Part shown: positions 15,486 to 24,895 of the stretch, one piece after another
Numbering within the stretch: the first letter of the stretch is position 1
Layout: the number at the start of each line of letters is the position of its first letter
DNA from: an archaeon
GTDB taxonomy: Archaea; B1Sed10-29; JAJRYS01
Direction of reading: 5' to 3'
DNA length: 41,521 nucleotides
Assembly: GCA_024275665.1 (NCBI GenBank)
Contig: JAJRYS010000019.1
Span: 1-41,521 of the forward strand
Position numbers and translations under genes: made by a program
Notes under the pieces: generated by a model
Database searches by the model: none
The model's input: only the letters and a program-made list of their open reading frames with translations
What the model was told of the DNA's origin: nothing

Positions 15486-17567
15486 ATGAATGTGACAGAG
15501 GAAACGCGCAACGTGCAGAAATTCGAAGAATTCTTCGCAGAGAATTACAAAGCAGAATTAAACAAGCTGGCAGAAGTCTTTCCAGAAAAAAGAAGCATTC
15601 AAGTAGACTATGCATTGCTTGAAAAATACGACGCTGAACTCGCTGACGAACTCATTACTAATCCTTATGAAGTCATTCAAAGCGCTGAACAAGCAGTAAA
15701 AAACATGCAGTTAGTAACATCAAAAGGAGAGCCCATAGCCCCCCATGTACGGTTTTACAACACTCCAACAGAACAACAAGTACTCGTGAGAGATTTGAAC
15801 TCAGAATACTTGGGAAAATTCATAAACATAGAAGGAGTTGTTACCAAGATAACAGAGGTAAAACCAAAGATAAAAACAGCAGTATTCCAATGCAATTACT
15901 GCGGGGCTATTTACAAAATACCTCAAGATGATTTTTCAGGAGCATTGAAAGAACCAGGCGTGTGCAGATGCGAGCGCAAGAGTTACTCTCTCCTAGCAGA
16001 ACAGTCAGAAATGATAGATTATCAGAGAATGGAAATACAAGAACCATTGGAAAAAGTAAGAGGAGCAGAACAAACAAGAAAAGCAGTAGTACTACTTGAA
16101 GATGACTTGACTAATTTCATACTGCCAGGTGACAAAGTACAAGTATTCGGAGTTTATAGATTAGTACCTCCCAAACATAAGAAGTCAATATACGATGCTT
16201 TGATAGATACTAATAACGTAATAAAGCTTGAAAGAGAATTCGAAGAACTCGAATTAACAGAAGAAGACTTGAAACAAATACAAGAACTAGCAAAAGACGA
16301 GAAATTATACGACAAAATAGTAGCAAGCATTGCTCCTTCCATTTACGGGCATAAGGAAATAAAAGAAGCAATAGCACTCCAACTGCTTGGAGGAACCCCT
16401 GGCAAGGTAAAACCTGATGGAATGCGCATAAGACCAGACATGCACCTACTGCTCATTGGGGATCCTGGTACTGGTAAATCACAATTACTCCAATACGTGA
16501 GCCTCCTGGCTCCAAAAGGAATCTATGTTTCTGGAAAATCTTCAAGCGCTGCAGGCCTTACTGCAAGCGCTGAACGCGACGAGTTGTCAGAAGGAGGATG
16601 GACTCTGAAAGCAGGAGCACTCGTACTAGCAGCTGGCGGAATGGCAATGATAGACGAGTTTGACAAGATGGACGACCAAGACAGGGCTTCAATGCACGAC
16701 GCAATGGAGTCGCAGGAAATCCATGTGGCAAAAGCAGGAATAGTAGCTACTTTCAAAGCAAACGCTTCAATACTCGCAGCAGCCAATCCTAAGTTCGGGA
16801 GATTCGACCCTCATGAACTGCCTGCAAACCAGTTCAACATTCCCCCAACACTATTAAGCAGGTTTGACTTGATATTCCCAATGATGGACGAAATCAATGA
16901 GAAGAGGGACGCTGAACTAGCAGAACACATTCTAACTTCTCACTTCGTATCAGGACTGAGAACAGGAACAAGCATCTACGATGATGAAACCATTAAGAAA
17001 GCAGAAGAAAAAGTATCACCAGTAATATCACCAGAACTACTAAGAAAGTATATTGCTTATGCTCGCAAAAACTACAAGCCTGTCTTGTCACAAGAAGCAA
17101 TGGACAAAATCAAAAACTTCTACCTTGAACTAAGGAAGATAGGAGAACAAGAAGGAAGCATTCCAATCACTGCCAGGTACTTGGAAGGAATAGTAAGACT
17201 CGCAGAAGCAAGTGCTAAAGGAAGACTAAGCAACGTCGTGGAAGAACAAGATGCTGAAAGAGCAATAAGACTATTAAAAACATCATTAAAGTCAATAGGA
17301 GTAGACCCTGAAACAGGAAGGCTTGACATTGACATAATAGCAACAGGAACTTCAAAGTCAAGAATAGATAGAGTGAAAACAGTGTACAGGATAATAAAAA
17401 GGCTTTCAGCAGAATACGGAGAAGCTACTCATGAAGCAATAGTAGAAGAAGCAAAAAACCAAGGAGTGAAAGAAGAAGACATTGAAAGCATTCTAAGCCA
17501 GTTGAAGAGAAACGGAGACGTGTACTCTCCTAAGTACGGAGTGTACAAGCCAACAGAAGAAAGGTGA
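15486..17567 (+). CDS. mcm: MCM replicative helicase
   Basis: CNYC zinc finger, APSIYGH, Walker A GDPGTGKS, Walker B IDEFDKM, AANP, LLSRFD; no intein-sized insertion. Confidence 0.98.
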   Translation: MNVTEETRNVQKFEEFFAENYKAELNKLAEVFPEKRSIQVDYALLEKYDAELADELITNPYEVIQSAEQAVKNMQLVTSKGEPIAPHVRFYNTPTEQQVLVRDLNSEYLGKFINIEGVVTKITEVKPKIKTAVFQCNYCGAIYKIPQDDFSGALKEPGVCRCERKSYSLLAEQSEMIDYQRMEIQEPLEKVRGAEQTRKAVVLLEDDLTNFILPGDKVQVFGVYRLVPPKHKKSIYDALIDTNNVIKLEREFEELELTEEDLKQIQELAKDEKLYDKIVASIAPSIYGHKEIKEAIALQLLGGTPGKVKPDGMRIRPDMHLLLIGDPGTGKSQLLQYVSLLAPKGIYVSGKSSSAAGLTASAERDELSEGGWTLKAGALVLAAGGMAMIDEFDKMDDQDRASMHDAMESQEIHVAKAGIVATFKANASILAAANPKFGRFDPHELPANQFNIPPTLLSRFDLIFPMMDEINEKRDAELAEHILTSHFVSGLRTGTSIYDDETIKKAEEKVSPVISPELLRKYIAYARKNYKPVLSQEAMDKIKNFYLELRKIGEQEGSIPITARYLEGIVRLAEASAKGRLSNVVEEQDAERAIRLLKTSLKSIGVDPETGRLDIDIIATGTSKSRIDRVKTVYRIIKRLSAEYGEATHEAIVEEAKNQGVKEEDIESILSQLKRNGDVYSPKYGVYKPTEER

Positions 17568-17573
17568 AGTGAA

Positions 17574-18389
17574 TTGTTTTATTCTTTTTCAAAAAAACAA
17601 GCATTATTAATACTATCAAGCATTTTCATAACCACTCAGGCAATAGGCTTGTTCGTAGCAAACCAATACATCCAGTTCATAAAAGCAGGAGAACTAAGCC
17701 CAGTATTCGGGAATCCCGGGAGCATGGCAAACGCTTTCATACTTTTTGCTTACATGATGATAATGACAGCAGTAATAATCCTAATAATAAGATATAGGAA
17801 AAAACTGCTAACAGTATTTGAAGCCATTGCTATTTTCTTCGCTTCTGCCATTACTTTTGACTTTTTATTCCCTTATTTCATAGGGTTGGGAGAACTATTA
17901 GCATTCGTACTAGTAGTTTTGAAAATAACAAAACCAAACAGGATAACTCAGAACACTGCGATGGTGTTCTCAATAGCAGGAGCAGGAGCAGTCATAGGAG
18001 TTTCTTTCACAGTACTGCCATTAATCCTCTTCATACTGCTGCTTGCTTGTTACGACTTCGTGTCAGTGTTCATAACAAAACATATGGTTTACATGGCTAA
18101 GAACATTGCTGACAAGCCAACAGCATTCACAGCAGCAGTTCCATGCAAAGAAATAAACCACACTTTTCAACTTGGAGGAGGAGACGTAGCAATACCCCTA
18201 ATGTTTGCTTCAAGCGTTTTAGCAAACCACGGCCTAATACCGGCAATAGCATCAGTAATAGGAGCATTAACCGCGTTAGTATTATTGTTCAAGTTCATTG
18301 AGAAAAACCCTGGTAAGCCATTACCAGCACTTCCAGCAGTAGGGGCAGGAGCACTCTTGTTCTTCATGATAACAATGATATTACTGTGA
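17574..18389 (+). CDS. Presenilin/signal peptide peptidase family (A22) intramembrane aspartyl protease
   Basis: YD...V..TKHMV, LGGGD (GxGD) and PALP motifs; multiple TM segments. Confidence 0.9.
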   Translation: MFYSFSKKQALLILSSIFITTQAIGLFVANQYIQFIKAGELSPVFGNPGSMANAFILFAYMMIMTAVIILIIRYRKKLLTVFEAIAIFFASAITFDFLFPYFIGLGELLAFVLVVLKITKPNRITQNTAMVFSIAGAGAVIGVSFTVLPLILFILLLACYDFVSVFITKHMVYMAKNIADKPTAFTAAVPCKEINHTFQLGGGDVAIPLMFASSVLANHGLIPAIASVIGALTALVLLFKFIEKNPGKPLPALPAVGAGALLFFMITMILL

Positions 18390-18474
18390 AAAAAACCAAA
18401 AAGAACTATTGCTATTTTATACTAATACATTTACTAAAAGAAAGGAGCAAACATATAACAAAGGAGGTCTTGCT

Positions 18475-18900
18475 TTGGCAAGAGCAGTTGCTTACAAAGT
18501 AACAATAAACGACATACTCTCAGGAAAATATTACCCAAGCCTTGGGGAAAAACAACCAAACTACGTTGACGTGAAAGGCTTGAAAGTTACAAGAGCAAAC
18601 ATAATAGCGCGAGTTGCTGACGTTTACGAAAACCCTGAGAAAAAATACGCTGCAGTAACGCTTGAAGAAGGAGAAGCAAGAATAAGAGCAAAGTTTTATG
18701 AAACACAAGGACTAAGATTGCAGCAAGGGGACCTTGTGAAAGTCATTGGAAAAGTAAAAGAAGACGGGCAAGAAAGATTTATATTAGGAGAGATTATTAA
18801 AAAAGTGAAACCAGAACACGCAGAACTGAGAAAATTAATGTTTGAAAAAACTAAGAAAGAAAACAACAGCATAGTAGAAGACGTTGGAGGCATTGCATGA
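18475..18900 (+). CDS. OB-fold protein, RPA32-like
   Basis: RAVAYKVTINDILSG..., VTLEEG...IRAKF, GDLVKVIGKVKE; likely TTG start at 18475 after GGAGG. Confidence 0.75.
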   Translation: MARAVAYKVTINDILSGKYYPSLGEKQPNYVDVKGLKVTRANIIARVADVYENPEKKYAAVTLEEGEARIRAKFYETQGLRLQQGDLVKVIGKVKEDGQERFILGEIIKKVKPEHAELRKLMFEKTKKENNSIVEDVGGIA

Positions 18901-19301
18901 AATACGAGAAAATGCTTGAAAACATTTACAAAATAATCCCTGAAAAAGTAAAGATGAAAGAAAGATTTGAAATGCCGGAGTTCTCTTCATTCATCAGCGG
19001 TAAGCAGACGATAATAAACAACCTTGCTGACGTTGCGAAACAACTCAGAAGAGAACCAGAACACTTAATGAAATTCCTCATGAAAGAACTCGCAGTACCA
19101 GGAACTGTGAAAGGAAAGAAAGGAATACTACAAGGAAAGTTCAAACCAGAAGTGCTTAACTCACGCTTAGGAGAATACGTGAAAGAATTCGTGTTATGCC
19201 ACGAATGTGGGAAACATGACACAGAGTTAATAACATTCGAAGGAGCCAGGTACAAGCGCTGTGAAGTATGCGGGGCAAGGTCTCCTGTAAGAAGCCTGTG
19301 A
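18897..19301 (+). CDS. eif2b: Translation initiation factor 2 beta subunit
   Basis: RFEMP, GKQTII.N, LRR.PEH, C-terminal CHECG..DT...CEVCGA zinc finger. Confidence 0.95.
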   Translation: MKYEKMLENIYKIIPEKVKMKERFEMPEFSSFISGKQTIINNLADVAKQLRREPEHLMKFLMKELAVPGTVKGKKGILQGKFKPEVLNSRLGEYVKEFVLCHECGKHDTELITFEGARYKRCEVCGARSPVRSL

Positions 19302-19582
19302 TGAAAATGCACTGGGTGAAAGAACACGGAAGAGTACTAGCAGCATGCGACGAAGAAATCATAGGCAAGACGTTCAAAGAAGAAGAATTAACACTCACAA
19401 TAAATGAAGCTTTTTACAAAGGGAGATTAGTAACCAGCGAGGAACTCGTAGAATTATTATCCATACACAGCAACATAAACCTTGCAGGAAAACAGACTAT
19501 TAAAACAGCTGAACAAAAAAGGATGATAAAAAAAGTCATAAAGGTGGAAGGAGTGCCATACGCTGTAGTGTTCAAGATATAA
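19301..19582 (+). CDS. DUF424 family protein
   Basis: VLAACDEEIIGKTF, FYKG, INLAG and GVPYA motifs; TGATG overlap with aIF2-beta. Confidence 0.85.
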   Translation: MKMHWVKEHGRVLAACDEEIIGKTFKEEELTLTINEAFYKGRLVTSEELVELLSIHSNINLAGKQTIKTAEQKRMIKKVIKVEGVPYAVVFKI

Positions 19583-19585
19583 AAG

Positions 19586-19915
19586 GTGATGGAATTGTAT
19601 CATAGGAACAACAAGAAGAACAAGAAACAAGAAGGAGAACAAGAATTCAGAGTACGCTTGCCAAGAGGCAATCAAGTATTCGGAAGAATAGAAGCAATGC
19701 ACGGCGGAAAGAGGATGACCGTGAAATGCTCTGATGACAAGCTGAGAATGTGCAGGATCCCTGGACGAGTGAAAAGAGTATACGTAAGACCAGAAGACTA
19801 CGTCATAGTAGAGCCATGGCCATTAGAAGGAGACAAGAAAGGAGACATCATCTGGAAGTACAGGAAAAACGAAGTGGAATGGCTTAAAAGAAAGGGTTAC
19901 TTACAAAACCTCTGA
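19586..19915 (+). CDS. eif1a: Translation initiation factor 1A
   Basis: RVRLP, C.D...R.CRIPGR, V.V.PW, KGDIIWKY...EVEWL. Confidence 0.95.
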   Translation: MMELYHRNNKKNKKQEGEQEFRVRLPRGNQVFGRIEAMHGGKRMTVKCSDDKLRMCRIPGRVKRVYVRPEDYVIVEPWPLEGDKKGDIIWKYRKNEVEWLKRKGYLQNL

Positions 19916-19989
19916 TTCTTTCAAAAACATTTAACCAAAGCCAAAGCAAAAAGCGTAAAAACCCCTAACTTCCTAATTTAACACGGTGA

Positions 19990-20409
19990 TTGATGATGAC
20001 TCCTGATCCTAAGAGGAAAAAACACACGCTTCCAAAAGGATGGGTGAAAAGGCTGGAAGCAACTAATGAAACAATGCTACGTAATCTTCCGTTTGGAATA
20101 AAACCAGCTGAAAGCCCTTACCAGAGCATGAAAAAAGGACTAGCCTTGAAGAGATTGAAAAAAAATCCCTACTATAGCAAGATAATGGAATCAAAAACAA
20201 TACAGGACCTTGCAATAAACATTGGCATAAAGTTATTTGAAGACGTTCCTAAAAACGTTTTAAACTCAAAGAAAGATATTGCAAAAATTCCTCTGAAGGA
20301 AAGAATGATGATTTACAACAAAGTGGCTGATAATATGAAAAATACTCAGGAGAAAACAGCACTAGCACTTGCCTTAAGACTTCAGGAAGCGTTCAAGAAG
20401 AAAGCATGA
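19990..20409 (+). CDS. Orphan basic protein
   Basis: 139-aa Lys-rich ORF with GGTGA SD; no recognisable motif. Confidence 0.7.
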   Translation: MMMTPDPKRKKHTLPKGWVKRLEATNETMLRNLPFGIKPAESPYQSMKKGLALKRLKKNPYYSKIMESKTIQDLAINIGIKLFEDVPKNVLNSKKDIAKIPLKERMMIYNKVADNMKNTQEKTALALALRLQEAFKKKA

Positions 20410-20443
20410 AGAATATAAACTTCAAAAACCCTAATTTTTAACC

Positions 20444-21121
20444 ATGGGAGAAAAAGAAGAGCTGATTAAAAAAATTCAAGAAGCTGCTGAAGAAAAAGGA
20501 TTCACAGTAAGAGCAGGGCCTCTTAGAAGTAAAAGCACGCAAGAATTAAGACAAGAACTTGAAAGGATAAAACAACTCCCAAGAATGCAAGGGACAATCG
20601 CAGTAGGAGAGAAAGTAAAATCAGTACCAGAAGCGCCTGTAAGAATTGAAAAAAAGCATGAGACTGAAGAAAGAAAAACAAAAATTGAACCTACTAATCC
20701 TTTCAACATCCCAACAGGAGACAGGAGAAAAGTTAGGAAATGGTTTGAAGAACATTTAGACTTGCTTACTTCTGAAAGATTCAGGAAATGGGCTTACAGC
20801 CCTGGTGGAAAAAAATTCCTTCATAAATGGGGAAGCACTTCCTGGGAATTATTGGAAGTATTAAGAGAAGCAAGGAAGAAAAAAGAAGAAATTGAGAATA
20901 TTGTTAAGTGGATGGAAGAAAAAGCAGGGAAGCCAAGAAGATTGGGAGTGAAAAAAGCAAGAACAATGGAAGAATTAGAAGAGCAAGTGAGAGAATTGGA
21001 AGAGAGAAAAAAACAATTGCTTGAAAAAGAAGCGCAACTCACTGGTTTTCTTGAACTGCGTAAAAGGACTCTTATGAGAATGGAAGAAGCCAAGAGAAAA
21101 CTGAGGAAGAAAAGAATTTGA
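20444..21121 (+). CDS. Orphan charged coiled-coil protein
   Basis: 225-aa ORF; TATAAA about 30 nt upstream; C-terminal coiled coil ending KRKLRKKRI. Confidence 0.7.
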   Translation: MGEKEELIKKIQEAAEEKGFTVRAGPLRSKSTQELRQELERIKQLPRMQGTIAVGEKVKSVPEAPVRIEKKHETEERKTKIEPTNPFNIPTGDRRKVRKWFEEHLDLLTSERFRKWAYSPGGKKFLHKWGSTSWELLEVLREARKKKEEIENIVKWMEEKAGKPRRLGVKKARTMEELEEQVRELEERKKQLLEKEAQLTGFLELRKRTLMRMEEAKRKLRKKRI

Positions 21122-21156
21122 AAGTTTTTTAAACACTAACTGTTTCTGAAAACATT

Positions 21157-21321
21157 ATGATTTACAACACAGTGTTCGAAGTCAGGTTGAAAAAACCATT
21201 GCTTGAAAGCATTGAGTCATTCTTCTCAGAACAAGAAGACGAAGTACTACGCTACGCGATAGTAGGAATGAGAAAAGGGAAAGCAGTGGTAGAAGCTACT
21301 ATGATTAAAGAGAAGGGATAG
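21157..21321 (+). CDS. Small hypothetical protein (54 aa, MIYNTVFEVRLKKPLLESIESFFSEQEDEVLRYAIVGMRKGKAVVEATMIKEKG)
   Basis: ATG about 25 nt after TTTTTTAAA; stop 2 nt before the DUF3326 start; not in the ORF track. Confidence 0.7.
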   Translation: MIYNTVFEVRLKKPLLESIESFFSEQEDEVLRYAIVGMRKGKAVVEATMIKEKG

Positions 21322-21323
21322 TC

Positions 21324-22352
21324 ATGTTCGTAACAGTGCAGATAATACCAACAGGAGTCAAAGCAAGCATTGGAGGATATGTAGGAGACGCTGTTCCAGC
21401 TACTAACATCCTTGCAGGAGTCTCAGACCTTGTGATAACCCACCCTAACGTCGTGAACGGAGTACTGTTGAACGAGGCAAGGGCAAACGTTGCTTACGTG
21501 GAAGGATTCCTCCTGGACGAGTTTCTAAAAGGAAACACTTGCCTGAGGTTTACAAGAAGCAATAAGATAGGAGTAGTTCTTGACAGTGCTGCTGACGAGA
21601 CGAGCATGGAGCTTGCTTTGAACACTATTGAAACAATTAGAAGCAATGCAGGCGCTGACATCATAGATTATACTATTACTGAAAAACCAGTAGGAGCAAA
21701 AGCAGTGAAGACGAAGTCAGGGGCTTTCGTAGGAGAAATAAAAGACGAGAACGTTTTCTTAAAAGCAGCTGAGAAGCTTGTGAGGAAAGGAGCAGAAGCA
21801 ATAGCAGTAGCCACTGTGATAAGCATTAAGAAGAAAGACTTAGAGGATTATTTGAAAGGAAAAGCACCCAACCCTTACGGAGGCACAGAAGCATTAATCT
21901 CAAGAACTATTTCAAAAACACTAGGAGTGCCAGCAGCTCATGCTCCAATGCTAAGAGAAAGAGAAATAACAAGCGCGCTGCACAGGGGGCACGTAGACCC
22001 TCGTGCCTCTGCTGAAAGCGTTTCATCAGCTTTCCTCGGTTCTGTTATCAAAGGATTGATGAAAGCACCTCAACCAAGCGTTAATGGCTTGAGCATTGCT
22101 GACGTGAACGCCATAGTAGTTCCTTATTCTTGTTGTGGTGGAGTACCAGCACTAGCAGCAGATTATTACGGAATACCATTAATAGCAGTCAAAGAGAACA
22201 CTACAGTACTTGACGTGATTCCTGAAAAACTCGGAGTCAAAGCAATAATAGTGGATAATTACTTCGAAGCAGCAGGAGTGCTAGAAGCCTTAAAACAAGG
22301 AATAAGCCTCGATACTGTGAGAAGGCCTTTGAAAAAAACAAGAAAGTTATGA
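21324..22352 (+). CDS. DUF3326 family protein
   Basis: IIPTGV.ASIGGYVGDA, ITHPNVVNG, YVEG..LD.F, GGTEALISR, P.AHAP, VDPR.SAE, VKEN.T. Confidence 0.85.
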   Translation: MFVTVQIIPTGVKASIGGYVGDAVPATNILAGVSDLVITHPNVVNGVLLNEARANVAYVEGFLLDEFLKGNTCLRFTRSNKIGVVLDSAADETSMELALNTIETIRSNAGADIIDYTITEKPVGAKAVKTKSGAFVGEIKDENVFLKAAEKLVRKGAEAIAVATVISIKKKDLEDYLKGKAPNPYGGTEALISRTISKTLGVPAAHAPMLREREITSALHRGHVDPRASAESVSSAFLGSVIKGLMKAPQPSVNGLSIADVNAIVVPYSCCGGVPALAADYYGIPLIAVKENTTVLDVIPEKLGVKAIIVDNYFEAAGVLEALKQGISLDTVRRPLKKTRKL

Positions 22353-22403
22353 GTTCTGATTAGTTCTGCAACTCTTTTAATCACAGAAGACAATAAACAA
22401 AGC

Positions 22404-23021
22404 ATGCTTGTTCCAGTAAGCACTTTTCAAATCCTTGACTACTGCGAATACCAATTGTTCTTAAAATATTATGAGAAAGTAAAGCCTGTCATCACTAGGA
22501 AAATGCTTGCAGGCATTCAAAAGCACAAACGATTAGAAGAAGAGTTCTTGGAAGAAGCAGAAGAAATAGAAGAAACAATAGAAGAACACTTGGAAAAACT
22601 GCTGAGAGGAGAAGTAAGTCCTTTCAACGTAAGAGAACTCCCAGTGAAAAGTGAAAAACACGGGCTAATAGGTCGCATTGACGAAGCATTGTTCTATGAA
22701 GACCATGCAGTGATAATAGATGACAAGCCAAACCCGAGGATAACTCAAGGAACCATAGACCAGCTGAGAGCATACGCAGCAGTATTCGAAGACCATTTCA
22801 ACTGGGAGAACCTGATAGTATTGAAAGCAAGAAGCCATTCAAACAACGAAGTATTCTACGAAGAAGAATTCAACGAAAAAGCAAGAACACAGATCATTGA
22901 AAAGATAGAATACTTACATTGGCTCATGCAAGACCCTACACGAGCAAAGCCTACAAGTGAGAAAGAGAAATGCCTTCATTGTTCTTACGGGCCTTACTGC
23001 GACAAGTTCATGGAAGAATAA
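22404..23021 (+). CDS. Solo Cas4-like PD-(D/E)XK nuclease with 4-Cys Fe-S motif
   Basis: N-terminal YCEYQ cysteine, GRID...IIDDK, QLRAY, C-terminal CxxCxxxxxC. Confidence 0.85.
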   Translation: MLVPVSTFQILDYCEYQLFLKYYEKVKPVITRKMLAGIQKHKRLEEEFLEEAEEIEETIEEHLEKLLRGEVSPFNVRELPVKSEKHGLIGRIDEALFYEDHAVIIDDKPNPRITQGTIDQLRAYAAVFEDHFNWENLIVLKARSHSNNEVFYEEEFNEKARTQIIEKIEYLHWLMQDPTRAKPTSEKEKCLHCSYGPYCDKFMEE

Positions 23022-23055
23022 GTATTATAATTCTGTGAGAAGTAAAAGACTCTTC

Positions 23056-23763
23056 ATGAAAGAAGAAAAGGAAATATTCGAACGCGTGTTTGATGATTAT
23101 ACTATGAAGACTCTTGTAGTGCTTAGGAGGAAGAAAAAATTTGATTCTCTTGAGTTCCCAATATCCACTGGGAAAGAAGCAGACGTGTACAGAGCCTCTG
23201 CCAGTTTTGATGAAAAAGAAAGTTATGTCGCTGTGAAAATTTACAGGATTGAGACAAGTAACTTCAAAGCAATGCAGGATTACTTAATAGGAGACCCTCG
23301 TTTTGAACACGTGAAAAAAACAAAGAGAGGGGTTATAAGTGCTTGGTGTCAGAAAGAATACCGCAACCTTTCAGACGCGTTAAAAGCAGGAGTAAGAGCA
23401 CCAAAACCAATAGCAAGCATGAATAATGTCTTGATAATGGAGTTCATAGGAGAAGAAGGAAATCCTGCTCCAATGCTTAAAAACGTTGAAGTAGAAGACG
23501 CTGAAAAATTAATAAAAACTCTCACGGGTTATGTTAAAAAACTCTGGAAGAGTGGATTAGTACACGGTGACTTAAGCGAGTTCAACGTGCTGATGAAAAG
23601 AGGAAATCCTTTTTTAATAGACTGGGCTCAGGCAATGAGCACCAAACACCCAATCGCGTTAGAACTACTGCAAAGAGACTTGAAAAACATTAAAAGGATT
23701 GCTAGGAAAAGAGGAGTTGATTTTGACTATGAAGAAGTGCTCAGCAGCATTGTTCGACGTTGA
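23056..23763 (+). CDS. rio1: RIO1 atypical Ser/Thr kinase
   Basis: ISTGKEADVY, VAVKIYR, W..KEY.NL, LVHGDLSEFN, IDWAQ; likely ATG at 23056. Confidence 0.95.
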   Translation: MKEEKEIFERVFDDYTMKTLVVLRRKKKFDSLEFPISTGKEADVYRASASFDEKESYVAVKIYRIETSNFKAMQDYLIGDPRFEHVKKTKRGVISAWCQKEYRNLSDALKAGVRAPKPIASMNNVLIMEFIGEEGNPAPMLKNVEVEDAEKLIKTLTGYVKKLWKSGLVHGDLSEFNVLMKRGNPFLIDWAQAMSTKHPIALELLQRDLKNIKRIARKRGVDFDYEEVLSSIVRR

Positions 23764-24376
23764 CGGTACTCTAATATCACTAGACGCTGTAGTTAAAGCC
23801 ATTCAGGAGACCTGCGAGCAATTAGACCTGCGAGTGCTTTCAAAAGAAGAAATATACGAAGGAATAATAGGCATTCCTTTAAAGAAAGCCATTAAGAAAT
23901 TCTTCCCATTCACTGAAGAACAAGCAGAAGAATTCGACAATTTGTATCATGAAAATTATATCACGAGACACGTGTCAAAATTACTTCCAACAGTTAAAGA
24001 AACACTGCAAGTGCTGAAAGACAAAAAAATAAAAATAGGAATAATAACTACTAAGAGCAAGCGTACTGGATTACAATCCATAAAAGATAATAACATTCCT
24101 CATGACGTGATAGTCACGCAAGAAGATGTAAAGAAAGTCAAACCGTCACCAGAGCCAATACTAAAAGCACTCAAAGAATTAGGCGTAAAACCAGAGCAAG
24201 CAGTAATGGTAGGAGACCACGTGTTTGACGTGCAGTCAGCTAAGAATGCTGGATGCGCAGCAGTAGGAGTAACTACAGGAGCGCGGTCTGAGAAAGAACT
24301 GCGTGAAGCAGGAGCTGATTTCGTAATAAGTGAGTTGAAAGAATTACTGGAGTTGTTTGAATGGACACCGTTGTAG
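23729..24376 (+). CDS. HAD-family phosphatase (PGP/PpaX-like)
   Basis: FDVDGTL motif I, TTK, KPSPEP, MVGD...D motif IV. Confidence 0.92.
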   Translation: MKKCSAALFDVDGTLISLDAVVKAIQETCEQLDLRVLSKEEIYEGIIGIPLKKAIKKFFPFTEEQAEEFDNLYHENYITRHVSKLLPTVKETLQVLKDKKIKIGIITTKSKRTGLQSIKDNNIPHDVIVTQEDVKKVKPSPEPILKALKELGVKPEQAVMVGDHVFDVQSAKNAGCAAVGVTTGARSEKELREAGADFVISELKELLELFEWTPL

Positions 24377-24879
24377 AAGAAGTAAACGTTCCAAAGCAAA
24401 GAATAGCAGTGATAATAGGAAAAGAAGGAGAAGTTAAAAAGAAGATTGAAAAAGAATGCGGAGTAAAACTTAGAATAGATTCAAAGACAGGACTAGTTCT
24501 CATAGAAAGACCTGTAAGTGGAGAAGAAGCTCTTAAAGCAGTGAAGGCCAGAGATGTGATTAAAGCCATTGCACGCGGTTTTTCGCCACAAAAAGCTTTT
24601 AAACTCTTGACTCCTAATTATTACTTGGACATAATTGACTTGATGGAGTTCGTTTCTGACAAGTCACTTCAAAGAGTAAGAAGCAGAATCATAGGAAGGG
24701 AAGGCAAAGCCAAGAAGTTCATAATGGGAAAAACAAAGACTGACATCTCAGTTTATGGAAAAACAGTCGCGTTAATCGGTGACGCTGAAAGCATTAAAAC
24801 AGCTAAAAAAGCTATAATGAAGCTTATTACAGGAGCAAAACACTCCACGGTCTTCAACTTCCTTGTGAAAAACACTTGA
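24361..24879 (+). CDS. KH-domain ribosome biogenesis factor (Dim2/Pno1/Krr1-like)
   Basis: RIAVIIGKEG, AIARGFSP, RIIGREG, G.KH.TV. Confidence 0.93.
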   Translation: MDTVVEEVNVPKQRIAVIIGKEGEVKKKIEKECGVKLRIDSKTGLVLIERPVSGEEALKAVKARDVIKAIARGFSPQKAFKLLTPNYYLDIIDLMEFVSDKSLQRVRSRIIGREGKAKKFIMGKTKTDISVYGKTVALIGDAESIKTAKKAIMKLITGAKHSTVFNFLVKNT

Positions 24880-24895
24880 AAGGAGGAATTCAATT

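Noticed and set aside
22404..23055. CRISPR-Cas locus
   Set aside because: No repeat-spacer array or other cas genes seen anywhere in the window
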